Below are positions 26,642-38,976 of a DNA stretch of 64,000 bases, in pieces (positions within the stretch are counted from its first letter, which is position 1; each line of letters opens with the position of its first letter). The stretch is from contig OZ037766.1 of the NCBI GenBank assembly GCA_964035545.1, positions 4,020,722-4,084,721 of the forward strand, read 5' to 3'. Under the pieces are notes generated by a model. That model did not search any database. It saw only the letters and a list, made by a program, of their open reading frames with translations, and was not told where the DNA came from. The stretch is from Bugula neritina (lineage: Eukaryota > Animalia > Bryozoa). A program made the position numbers and the translations under genes.

Positions 26642-29600
26642 CACTACTACCACTACTACCACTACTACCACTACTACCACTACTACTATAACACTACTGC
26701 AGGTATCATAAGAAGGACAGAGAGCTGTCGGCTCTATCTAAGAAATATGCTGATCTCGAAGCAGTTCTTACTGACTTGGAAAGTAAATTATCAACTGCTA
26801 TCAGTGAGAAGGAGAAGTGGCAGATCGAATATGGGGTGAGGTTTAGTATTTATTCAGCTGTTATTATTATATTACTCATCATATTGTAATAGATATCGCC
26901 TACTGTAGCTTCATGCTCTGTTGAAACCACATACTTGGTTACAATGTTGAAAATTCTAAACCCTGCGCGGTTAATGAAATGCTTTGTGGAATGAAGAAGT
27001 CGGCTAAGTGTAACTTCTGTGAGTAATTTTAATGAAAGCTTGTGCTAGTTCCAATCACATTCTATGCTGATAATTATCAACACGTTGCAGTCAATTTATT
27101 ACTGCCCCGAGTCTCTCTTTTTTATCTTTTGTGACTCGTGAAGGTACATTGTTGTTCCTGTGTATGCGCACAGTGCTCGTCAATCCCTTAGGTTAAAATT
27201 AGTCCATTGTCAACAGCTTTTACCGGCTTCAATCATTCTTTCAAGCTAATGTGACAATTTTCCACTCAAGCGAATCTATTTATTTGGTATAGTTGCTCGA
27301 AAAGCCCATTTAGTAATCTATAGTGGGGTATGAATAACAACAATGCTTACTATGTGGGGAATGCTGTCCCTTTGCTGACTCTGGTGCGAAATATTATTAT
27401 ACCTTCACTTACAGCTGGAATCGTAATTTATAAACAATAAGCTGGAGGAACTGCTTTGTTGCCGTCTTAGTGAGATATTGATTGGCCTAGCAGCCAGTTC
27501 TTCACCCACTAGGTGTTTACTAATGTCCAACTCTATAATGTGTTTGCAGCTTTACATGTCGAAATGACAAACCTATTGTAACTGTGACTACTTGTTTACA
27601 CTGCAACTGTATTGTTTCTAACACACTTCAATAGTTGCAATATTATCTAGTGAAACTAGGACTGCTCACAATGAAAATGGCCCAAATATGGCCAACTTTG
27701 GTCTCACAAAATTGCCAGTGCAACTGTCAACAAAATCTGCTGCTTTAATAACCTTTGGCTGGTTTTAAAGTAAACCAATATGTTCTTCATGCTTATCTAA
27801 ATGTACTGGCGATGTGCTGAGTGTACATTAGTTTTTACATGGCCGCAAGAGGCAATGTTAGGTTTTGTTTCATTTATTTATTCATTTGTACTTTATTTAT
27901 GGTTTTTGTTGCCTCTAAATCATTCATGGATTGAAGCAGTTTATTTTATTTGGTCATGATTGCCTCTGTTAGCAGTTATTCATAGTTAGTATTTAAAAGT
28001 ATATTAATACACCAGTAAGATTCAATTCCATGAGTTTATTTCTAGAAACTGAAGGGAGAAATCTCGGACCTGGAGAGACAGCTGGCGTCTGCACGCAAGC
28101 AGTTGGAGGAAGAAACTCTCCAGAAAGTAGACTTAGAGAACAGAGTACAAAGTCTCAAGGTTTGTTACTCTCCAACTGCCTTAGTTTAGGTTTTTATTGT
28201 TTATATTTATTTTATTACATTATATTATTTTTATTTTAACTTCCTTGTTTTAGTTTTATCATTGTATCATTTCTGATTGTGGTTTATTCAATTTAATTAT
28301 TTATTAGAATTTCTGTAAATTGTAGTTAAACTGTATATCTGTTAGCATATTAGCAATTTGTTTCAAAATAGCGCATGATTATTCAAGTTGATATGGTATT
28401 TTAAAGTTGATTTTTTGTTAGGTCTTGGAATCATGGAGTAAACCAAGTGTTTTGTGTGGATCAGGCAGTCTGTCTTGTGCATGTTTTAGGAAGAGTTGGC
28501 ATTCAAAGCCCAGCTCTACCAGTCGGAGATCAATGAGACGAGAACCAGAATGGAGATCTCTATGGACGAGGTGGACACGAGAGCTCAGAGGGAGTATGAG
28601 CACAAGCTAGAGGAAGCTCTGTGTGACTTCAGGAAGCAGCATGATGTGGACATGAAGAGATACCGTGAGGAGATAGAGTGCATGTATGAGAGCAAGGTTA
28701 GTCTCACTCTCTCGTGCTCTTTTTAGACTTGCACGCTTAGTTTTAGAATGATGCAGTTGATTTGGAAATTTAATCAAATTGAGAGGTGAGAGAGAGAAGT
28801 GGAAATTGAGTGAACTTGTTAGGTCAGTCAATCTGAGAAGAGGAATTAGTTGGGTTGAAAAGGCAATCTGTTAGCATCTTTACTGCTACTGCCACTCAAA
28901 AGATCAACCTTGAAAACCACAAGTTTCCTTCCTGTTTTTGATGAAGTAAACTGAAAATGTACTTTGCTGAAATAAGGAAAATTTTTGAAAAGCAATAAAA
29001 ATTAATAACTTCTAGTACTTGGTCTATGTTAGTGGTAAGGTTAGGAGTGTAAACCAGTTTGAATGTCACTCTGGGTGGGTAATAGGAAATGATTCAATTG
29101 TTTAGTAGAGAAGTTTAGTGTGTGAAAGTGTTGGTAAACATTGTACTTATCTTACAAATGAAGTATTCAACTATGAGTCAGCTACACTTTTAAGGCTAGA
29201 ATTTTGTTGCCTGGTTACAAATGTTTCATCATGAAGTGATGTTTTGCTAATTAATTTTAAAAGTGTTCTGAATTTGTTATTTGTTAATCTGTCTATTAGA
29301 GGTTGTTACTGTAGAAACTAGTATTTATCTAACTCAGTTAAAATCAGCTGTGTTAATTGATTTTGAGTTTGAAAATTGGAAGATTTTCATATACAAACTG
29401 ATTGTATGAACTCAAGACCATTAAATCTTGAGACAGACATTGACCTCAAGTGGTCATCATGTTTACAGATAGCTGGACTGCAACAGGAGCTACAGCAAAG
29501 TGATGGCTTAGATGAGAAAGCTAGGATAGAGATCAATGCTTATAGGAGTAGGATCTCGGAGCTGCAGTCTCAGATTACTAAACTGACCAATCAGGTGAGA

Positions 29601-32600
29601 GTGTTTACTTGCTGTTGTAAATAAGACATATCAATAGGTATAGAGTATAGACTATAGAGTAGATTGTGGGAGATGTAAGGGGTTACTTGACTGTAAACTA
29701 CCAAGTCAATTTAATAAGCCAGCTCATTGTATAATTTTAAGATGCTTGATAGGCTTTCTATTTTTATAAATTTAAAAAATTGAAATGCTAAATGGAAAAA
29801 TATTTTGTCCTTCGTAGCAATATTTTAGTAGATTAGAACACAACAAAAATGATGTCATTGTACTGGCTGAATCAGAGCCGATAACGCAACTCTAAGACAT
29901 AAACCAACTTGTTGGGACTATAAAAGTTGGAACTACTACGAAAGTAGTTGATTCAACGATTAGGGATTTTTCATAGAGGCATTTCAGGTAATTTTAGCTG
30001 GTTTCCGATCAATTTTCACCTGTAGTGTTGCCTTGCAGAATGCTAACCTTGAGGCTCGCGTTGCTACGCTGGAGAGTGACTTGGCTGCCGAGAAAGACCG
30101 GTTCAACAGCATGTATTCTGCCAAGGAGAGGGAAATCCGTATGCTGAGAGAGCAAATTGATTTGCAGATGAGGGAGTACCAGGACCTGCTGGACATCAAG
30201 GTCAGCCTTGACCTTGAGATTGCTGCCTACAGGAAGCTGCTGGAAGGAGAAGAGGAGAGGTAGGCAGACCGTGCGGTGTAGACACTCAGGATACAAACAA
30301 ATGAGCTAGTAAATTGTTGGCTAAGTTTTGTGTCTAATTATTATTAAAAATGTAAATATATATTAATTGCTTCCTAAACATATGAACACTTTGCACTGCT
30401 TTAACACTGTTGACTACCATTTTCCTTCTACTTAATTTCGGTTTCCCACCTCATTAATCACTTAGACTTAGGTTTCTGTGTTTACCTTAGTTTAGTCACG
30501 GTTCATTTTAATCACATTCACACTAGTAGTAGTAAATAGCCTACATTTCTGTTGACATAACATCATGCATCTCATAATACACTGCATTCAGTTGTGCTCT
30601 ATTACTTTCCCACAAATTTAATTATAGTTCTAGGTCAATAATGGAGCTTTATTCATGTCTGTTAGTATTTATTCCCTCCATTTATAAACTGAGCCACTAT
30701 AGATCTATGCAATTTACTAGTTTTAGAAAGACATTTGCACCAATATCTGCTTTTTTCCTATATTTTTTCTGTCAACTTTGTTCCTTGAAATCATCCACCA
30801 TAAGGCGCTATCAAATCCTACACTCGCACGTAAAAGTTGTGCTTCAACACCTGCAGCTGTACCACACTTTCTTCCTGCTGTAGATTAAACATCTCTCAGT
30901 CTACGTCTCAGTCGGAGGTTAAAGTGACTCCTAGGAAGAGGAAGAGGGATGAAGTTGATGCCGACTCTTTTGTGCAGGAGACACAAACCAGTCAAGGATA
31001 CAGTTCCTCAGGTAGATCAAGTGGCGCAGTGGAAGTGTCCGAGGTGGATGAAAATGGAAAGTTTGTGAAAGTGAAGAACATTTCTGACAAGGTGAGTTGT
31101 TGATTGTGGGTGTAAATATTTTCAGGCTACAGTGCTCCCTCCGTATCTCGCTAATTTAAGGCCCCGACACCTAATTATGTAACATGGTGGAATAGCTGAT
31201 TTAACTCATGGATACATGTATTAAATTTGGCCATTTCATGCTTACACACACATACATAAGTTACAAAATGGGGGTCCAAGCCCTTCTCGTGAACTAAGGA
31301 ATTTCGTGAAAAGTGGATCTGTGAGATAAGGAGACATGCTTTTACTGGTGCTAGATTTGAAAAAAGTCAAAGTTTATTTGCTTTACAACACTGTAAATTA
31401 AACATAGTCATCCAAGGAGTTGACAAAAGATTGGTCACTTAGAATTTTTCTATTTGCAATGTCTGTGTTCACATACATGTGTCTATTCCAGTTGGTTTCC
31501 TCACACATTGTTGCTTTATATTTAACAAAACAATAATTGGGGACAAGCTTTTGACTTCAAAACAATTTTCATTAGCTGGACAAGTCTAAATTCTAATTTA
31601 CACTTTCACCTCTGTTTAAAAGCTTCTTATTCTCTCTGGTAGTCAACTTTTCTTACACTCTGTTTCTTTCTGTTTCTATACAAAGTTTTGCATTGTGTGA
31701 TGATAATGTTTACAGAAGTTTACATCAATCACAGGGAAATGGTAAGCAGTGAAGATGAGGACAAACTGTCAGTTATATGATATTTTTGAACAATTGAACT
31801 TTACAATTTATAGTCTTATTAGTTACCGTTGATCTCTAGATCTCTTACAGTCAACCATATTTTGAACTTGCTGCAAGAGATCATTGTCTCCATAAAATTA
31901 GTAGTTAGTTTCCCGCTCTCCCCTCTCAAGTGTTTGTCACAGGCTGTATTTATATTGCCCACCTGATTTTATTAATTTTATAATCATGATAAACATGATT
32001 TTCAAAGCTGTTCGCCTGGTAAAATAATTTAGACAATCAAGTGAATGCCGACTCTATTTTTTATCAACTTTGGAGGGAGATGACAACTTTTCATATAACT
32101 TACTTCTGAGAGGAGTAAGTGTTTATAGGCACCAGAATAACTGAATGAAGTAACTAGTTTTAAATAGTTGGAATTTTATGTGCCGCTAACGAATAAAACT
32201 AATGGTTTAGCAACATCTACAATATTATGTTGAAAGTTTGGATTTTTTACTAAAAAGCTCATTAGTTGAAAGTTCATGCATTTATTTAAAATTTATTTGT
32301 TAGTATAAAAAAGTTACAAAATGTTGGGTTACAAGTGCTGACACATTTTGGATAAGAAAGGGCCCACTAGTTGTAATATAAACTTGATTTAAATATAATA
32401 TTTTAAACACATTTTAAGATGAACTGGTTTCTGTTTAGACTGTGGCCCTTGGAGGTTATAAGATCATTCACAAGGCTGGAGATGACGAGACCGACTACAA
32501 GTTTCACCGCTCTGCTAAGTTGGCTCCGGGAGAGATTGCCACCGTATGTCTCTACTTATGTTCAGTAGACAATGCAACATGTTTTATGAGTGACAAGTTG

Positions 32601-34387
32601 CCATATTTGTATACCTAAAAGTGAAAGTCGACTGCGCTTTTGTCAAATGAGTAGCCCCAGGCAGTGATAATTTTAGTATTTACGTTAAGGCTGAATTGTA
32701 CATTATGAAATTTCTTGTGTATGAGGCACTAAAATGTTTGCATCAAACATGGCTGTGTTTCACCCAATACCCTTGACTTATATAGCAACTAGTGCCAAAT
32801 ATGGGAGGTTGTCTTACCATTCAATGTGATTCAGTTTGTAATTACTGACAGTTGAGAGAAGACAATCCCATACCCACTTTTTAAGTGTAATTACTAATAA
32901 AAAACTCTAATCTTTAGTCATATGCAGTGGCATTTATATTATTGACTTTATTGATTTATATATTTTAGACCCAACATAAAACATTTCATTTACATTTAGT
33001 CAGGGTTGTCTTATTTACATGAATGTAATGGGTACTGTGTTTTATGTTTTGATTGGCTACTTCTGCTGCTTTACCAGATATGGAGTGCTGACGCTGGGGT
33101 GATTCACGATGCTCACACCCACAACTACGTCATGAAGGGGAAGAGATGGATGGTGGCTGACAGTATGTCAACTACTCTGATTGGGAAAGTTGAAGAGGTC
33201 AGCTTATATATATATATATATATATATAATTCTGGTGCATTGAATTTCATCATATTGTAATAAAGGCCCTCTGGTAATTTCTGCACTAATATATTGTCAG
33301 GGAATGTAAGGTTTACTGAATATATTCCATATATGTCTAATGTGTATATATAAATGGTTAATGTATGCATATTTTATGTGTGAAGATTGTATGGCATGGT
33401 ATGGGTAGGCATAATTTCTAATATAAAAAGTAATTTCTTGTATTGTTGAATATATATGTAGTTTTTTTTAAACGCAATGAGTGAATCTAGAGTTTGCTGA
33501 GTTGTTCTGTAGTTTGTTGTAGTATTTTGCTTACTTCACTTGAGCAGGTGTTGTCTTTTACAAGCTTTCTTATTCCAAGTCAAGTTATTTAGAGCTCCAT
33601 TGTTGTCATGTCATTTTCTTGTAATGTAGGAGATGGCAGTGCATGAGATGTCCAAGTCCAGCCAACGCACCGTCACCAGAGGCACTCGTAGAATAGTGGC
33701 TGGCTCCAGCTCTGAGGAAGTGTTCCACCAAACTGTAAGCAGACTACAAGAGCTGCACTGTGTCTGAATAAATGCAATCACAGCTCACTATAATATTATC
33801 TAATTTACTCACACAAGTTTATGGTCACCATCCCTGTGAAAAACCCCTGATGAAAAGGAGTTTTTTTAGCAGGCTAAGGACTTATTCATATGACTATGTG
33901 ACACAGGAGCAATTACGACTGGATGCTCTTTCTAACATCACCAATGGCCTTTACTAGGCAAATGCTCTAACCCCTAGACCATGACTGCTCCCTACTATAA
34001 TATTATCTAATAACTCAAGTTATTGTTTTTTATGTTTTACTTGAAAAGCTTTCAATTATATTTCCAGTTGATTATAAATTTTCAAAAAGAAATTGTCTAC
34101 AAAAACAGTATTTGAAATGTGAGTTTTTATAATTGCCAAAAATGAAGCCATCAATAGTTCGAATTGTAGTAGACCAAATCTGGCTCTTTTGCTTTAATTA
34201 CATGGATGGTTTTTGTGTAAGTCTTCAGCTAGTGTTTAGTGCACGCTATTCAATACTGGGTTTGTAGCTCAATCTGTATGCGCTATTCAGTTGGTGATGC
34301 AATTATATTTTGATATGCTAACTTTAATTCCACCTTCTTTATTCATAGGGTGATCCAGACACTGGAAAATCTTGTGTTGTAATGTAA
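25221..34387 (+). CDS. lamin: Nuclear lamin, B-type, about 582 aa. Exons 25221-25591, 26703-26835, 28046-28159, 28490-28696, 29469-29594, 30039-30259, 30884-31091, 32439-32543, 33078-33197, 33630-33734, 34349-34387
   Basis: Head SPSR CDK site, [16 protein letters not shown] rod start, [18 protein letters not shown] rod end, NLS PRKRKR, lamin-tail Ig domain (GKFVKVKN; IWSADAG) and C-terminal CaaX CVVM. All splice phases fit. Confidence 0.96.
26421..26692. repeat. (CTA/CCA)n trinucleotide repeat abutting a lamin 3' splice site
   Basis: Directly visible; ends about 10 nt before acceptor AG 26701-26702. Confidence 0.95.
31130..31340. mobile_element. Degenerate MITE-like element; related end at about 61073-61100
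   Basis: TA followed by CAGTGCTCCCTCCGTATCTC; near-identical CAGTGCTCCCTCCATATCTC at 61073; degenerate inverted end GTGAGATAAGGAG at about 31321-31333. Confidence 0.45.
33805..33993 (-). mobile_element. tRNA-derived SINE with an 18-bp target-site duplication, in the last lamin intron
   Basis: Perfect direct repeat ACTATAATATTATCTAAT at 33787-33804 and 33994-34011; tRNA-like head GGAGCAGTCATGGTCTAGGGGTTAGAGC on the minus strand; second copy at 10810-10993. Confidence 0.85.
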
Positions 34388-35166
34388 AGACAACTCCTGT
34401 GATCTCAACAATTTTTACCCTATTGCCATGCTTCTTCTACGGGTTTACACAGGACTACATTCTCTACTTGTCATGTACCAGGTTTCTTGCAGTTCTATAC
34501 TGAATATCGATTTCTTTTTGTTACAGTATGCATGTATATCTTTCTAATAATTACTAATTTTCCTCTACCACTCAGCATTGATAGGATTGTACAATTTTGT
34601 TAGCAAAGTTCTATACACTATCTATGTTTTGATGCAGCCATTTATTTTATAGCATCGTATTTTCTAGCTAGACTTTATTGGTCATAATATTATGTTGAAG
34701 AAGCTAGGTTTTGTGGTATGCCATTTTATTCTGTAGATCTTGTATATTTGTAATATCATTTTATTGTAGTTTGTCTATTGGACGAATAAAGCTTTGATAA
34801 CAACCCACTGATCAGCAAATTATACACACATTTTCTTGTACTGATAAATCGAATAAGAATATAAATGAATGATGCACCTTGTTTATATAAAATTTATTTT
34901 GGTTGTAATATCATTCACATTATATGAACTGAATTATTTACAAACAAAACAATCAAATTTTCTCAATAGCAAACATTGGCCCAATCTGTACTGTTTATAA
35001 AGAAAATAGTTCTCTTTAAATTTACCTATTTAATTAGAGTGTTGAATTACCAATCTACACAAATAAATAGTACCTGTAGATCTGAACTTTCATACTATGG
35101 CTATTTTACATAATGAAAATCATTGACAATTTAAATTTTTTTAAAAATACTGTTCTATAGAATACT

Positions 35167-37087
35167 TCAGAACCCAGAAATAATTCGCCCTTTCTTCTTG
35201 GCCAACTTTATTTTCCGGTCTACTTTTGTTTGCTTTTTAGCTTGGATATTCTTCTTTCGCTTGTCCTGTCGCTTTTGTTGCTGCTCGGCAACATGTGCTA
35301 CTCTTTCTTGCCATTTCTTCTGTGAGTGTTGTTTCAACTTTTCTTCCTTCTTCATACTTTTTTTAAGAAGTACAGGATCATCCTTGACCTTCAATTCAGT
35401 AAAGTAAATTGACACAACATTTCACGTTACCACTGGCATAATTTTACAAGTAAAGTGTAGCATATCTTCCACCAATTCATGGACAAGCAATGAACATTTT
35501 TATTGTGTAATTATCTGCTAGTCATAAGACAAAATGAGATCTTTTAAACAATTTCTATAAGTTGTACCTAGTAGTGAAGAGAGTAGAGACAAACCTTAAT
35601 GCCTTTTGATTGATCCATTGCCTTCCGCCATGCATTCTTTTCAGCAACTTGTTTGGCTTTATCAGCATCTGTTTGCTGCAACTCCTCAAATTTAGCTTTA
35701 TTTTTTATTACCTAAAATTTCAACACAACCGTCAATGAAACACCCATTAACATAGAGACCAAAAACTACAGCAAATACTTTACCAGATAAAGACAACTCA
35801 GGAATAGTAAATTAGTTACAAACATTCTAATAACTATTTGTTATCATCAACAAGAAGATTGGAAAACCTTTCTTGCAAGCTTGAACTCAACTTGTATCAT
35901 TGAAATCCCACCAAATCTATCCATGATACCACTGATTAAAATGTTTGTGCATATTACCAAAGACATTTGCTTACAAGTACAGGTGCTGCTGGTTAACCTT
36001 CTTTTACTTAGTGATGACGTACCTTATCATATAGTTCTTTATAGGACTTTGGCTTTTTCGGCTGCTTATCCTTTGGTTTCTTGGCCTGTTCAGAGAACTC
36101 AAATTTGCTAAAAACCATGTTACTACTTCCAAAATTTAATGAATTTGTTTCTGGTTTAACCTCTGCAACACCATTTACTTTACTTTGATTGTTTTTTGTT
36201 TGCTTTTGAACAGAAAGTTTTAGCTTTTTATTTTCTTTTCGTTTTTGCTTACTTTTCAATTTAGAAGCTTTGCGTCGCAATCTTTTTGATTCCAGATATT
36301 CCTCAGGAGTCATCCCATGCATGCGCTTTGCCTTGAGATCTTGAATACGCATCTGAATTTTTTCTCTGAGCTCATCAGGAGAAAGTTTTACAGTTTTGTC
36401 AACTTCATCATTCTGACTTTCTACGTGACCAGTAAGCTCTGGCAAATTTTGCCCTACGGCATCTGTTTTCAGATTTAGGTCTTCGGGATCATGTCCCATA
36501 GAACTAGAAGTAGAAGATGGTTCAAGCTCTAGACCTTTAGAATGTTTATGTTTTTTCAAACGTTTCCCATCACTGGATGACTTTTTCAACTCTAAGTCTT
36601 TAGGTTTACTGCAGCCGTTTATTTTCAAAACTAATTGATCTTTTTCTTGGCCTCTGTTGGCTTGTACAGCTTCGCCATTGGCGAAGGCAAGAGACTGAGT
36701 ACGACGTTGACTTTGAGAGTGCACATCATTTACTTTTGCTATACCATTCCCTGCTATGCTAATCTGTGGTGTATGGCTGTCACAATCTACGGAATTATTT
36801 ACCTGGAGCGAAGCCTGCTGAAGTTCAGATGTTTTTGCAACTTGAGTTGGGTCTAACTTGACCTTTTTAAGTACCTGCTTACTGCTCATCTTTTCACTGT
36901 AATCCTTTTGGCTTTTTCCAACATCCCGACCTTTAACTACTTGCTGCTTGCTTTGATGATCCAAAAGCTTTTGGTTGAATTCGGAGTCAAAATAAGCTTG
37001 TCGCGGAATTAAATCAAAGACATTTTTGAAATGTTCATTCGTAGACCTTACAAAATTCGTCGAACCTCCGGTTTGTTCTTTTTCCAT
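35167..37087 (-). CDS. SURF6: Surfeit locus protein 6 (nucleolar, Rrp14-like), about 467 aa. Exons 37087-36023, 35711-35595, 35388-35167
   Basis: C-terminal SURF6 domain (AWRKAMDQSKGIKVKDDPVLLKKSMKK...KKWQER...KRQDKRKKNI...KKKGRI), FSKFEF motif, Lys-rich. Confidence 0.9.
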
Positions 37088-37679
37088 ACTTGTAAATTTC
37101 AATAGGATGGATTTGAAAAATGTTATCAGCGGCTAACCAACTTCCAGCAATAAGTTTACAACGTATATTTAGCAAATAGCTGTGAATTTAGTCGTCATTA
37201 TTATTTCATTTAAACTTTCCAGTTAGTTCAGCATAAACCTTGTAGTTCTACATGTGGGACTTCACAATGTGCATCCGGTTAGTGAGTGCTTTGCATTATA
37301 TGTTACCCGTGCGAATAATTTTTTTTAGAATTTTTTTAAAAAATATGCCAAACAACACTGAAATAAATAATTGTATATACAATAAAATGTTGCCTACTTA
37401 CTACCAAGCTTTAGTTTTTTAAACTCTGGACTAAAAAATGCGGGAAGAAAAATATGTAGTTTCGTTTCGTGCTGTCACATGATCAACAGAAACACTTATA
37501 CGCTTTCCTTTTAGGAATGCCAAGTAAAATCATAATGATTATCACTGTCACTACTAGTGACTACCATATCACTACAAGAATGGCTATCTAATTTTGCCTT
37601 CAAAAAGCTTCTAATGAAATTTGAATATTAATGCTGAATCTTTATCTAGTATTGAATAACAACATTTATATTAGATACA

Positions 37680-38350
37680 ATAATATACTATCAGTATGAG
37701 TATCACTATCAGTATCAGTAGACGTAGTACTACTAGTACTACTACTACTAGTACTACAGCTACTACTACTAGTGCTACTACTACTACTACTAGTACTAGT
37801 ACTAGTACTAGTAGTACTACTAATAGTAATACTAATAATAATATTAATAATCATAATGATAATGATTAAATTTAATGTAATTTATTATTTATCTTATTAT
37901 TATTACGATTTAAAGTTACTGTTAGTGTTAGTCAACAACTGCCAAAGTGAAAGTGTAACTCAGTTATTTTATCTTTTAATAATTTATTTTATATCACTAT
38001 GAGTATGTCTATTAACTTAATATTAATATGTACCAATTTGAATTTTAAAGGTATTGACTATTATGCTACTGTTATGGTCTAAACTCTATACTCTATGCAC
38101 TTACATCATAAATATAGCTATAACTACAAGTATGAAATTGCATACCTATAACTATTACTATAAGTATAAGTATAACTTATAAGTATACACTTCAGCTTCT
38201 AGTATGTTTGATTATCTAATTCATAATAATGATCATGGTGACTATAAGTATAAGCATGAGTTTGTTGAATTTCTCTTTAGAGTAGTTCTTATAAAATTCA
38301 AATTAATTAGTAATACTAAATCATTTACTGTAAATCTACTAGTAGTAGTA
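37680..38350. repeat. TAC/TAG/TAT low-complexity field between SURF6 and the LAMTOR3 CDS
   Basis: Runs of TAGTAC, TACTAC and TATAAG. Confidence 0.8.
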
Positions 38351-38976
38351 ATAATTTAGGCTGGGCTATTATGGAAGTTTTCCTGCACTTTAGAATTTTT
38401 CAACACTTGTTACTTTTACATAATTAGAAAATTTGAGATTTGTAAAATTTTAAGACAATATATAATGAACACAATATATCTTCTCATAAACAGAAAATGA
38501 GCAATGCTCAATGGAGTCCCATTCAATCTTGTATTTATGTCATATGTTTTACTTCCTATGTCAGTGTTTATCTTTCTGTTGCATATATTTTCATGCTGGA
38601 GAATTTTAGTGAATTTGAAGCTTTTTACTATTGCTTAGTATGCATCTGCTTGTAAACAATAATAATTTTTTACTTATTTTTACATCTAAGATAGCCTTTT
38701 GTACTCTCAAAATGGAGTTGTGACATTGCACTTGTTTTCTGATAACTTGTAAACATTCTCTTAGTCTCTACGTTAAATGCTGCACATCATAGCATATATT
38801 AAAATTCTCCTTAAAATAGTCTTAGCTGTTAGTTCTGTAGCAGCACTCAAAGTTTTCAACACCAGTGGTTAATTAATCTTGGTCTTATAAAAGTACCTAA
38901 TATTTAATTTTTAAATTTTAGTTGACGAAAACAAGCATATACTCAAGTAGACTGGCATATAAAGCATATTAAAGCA

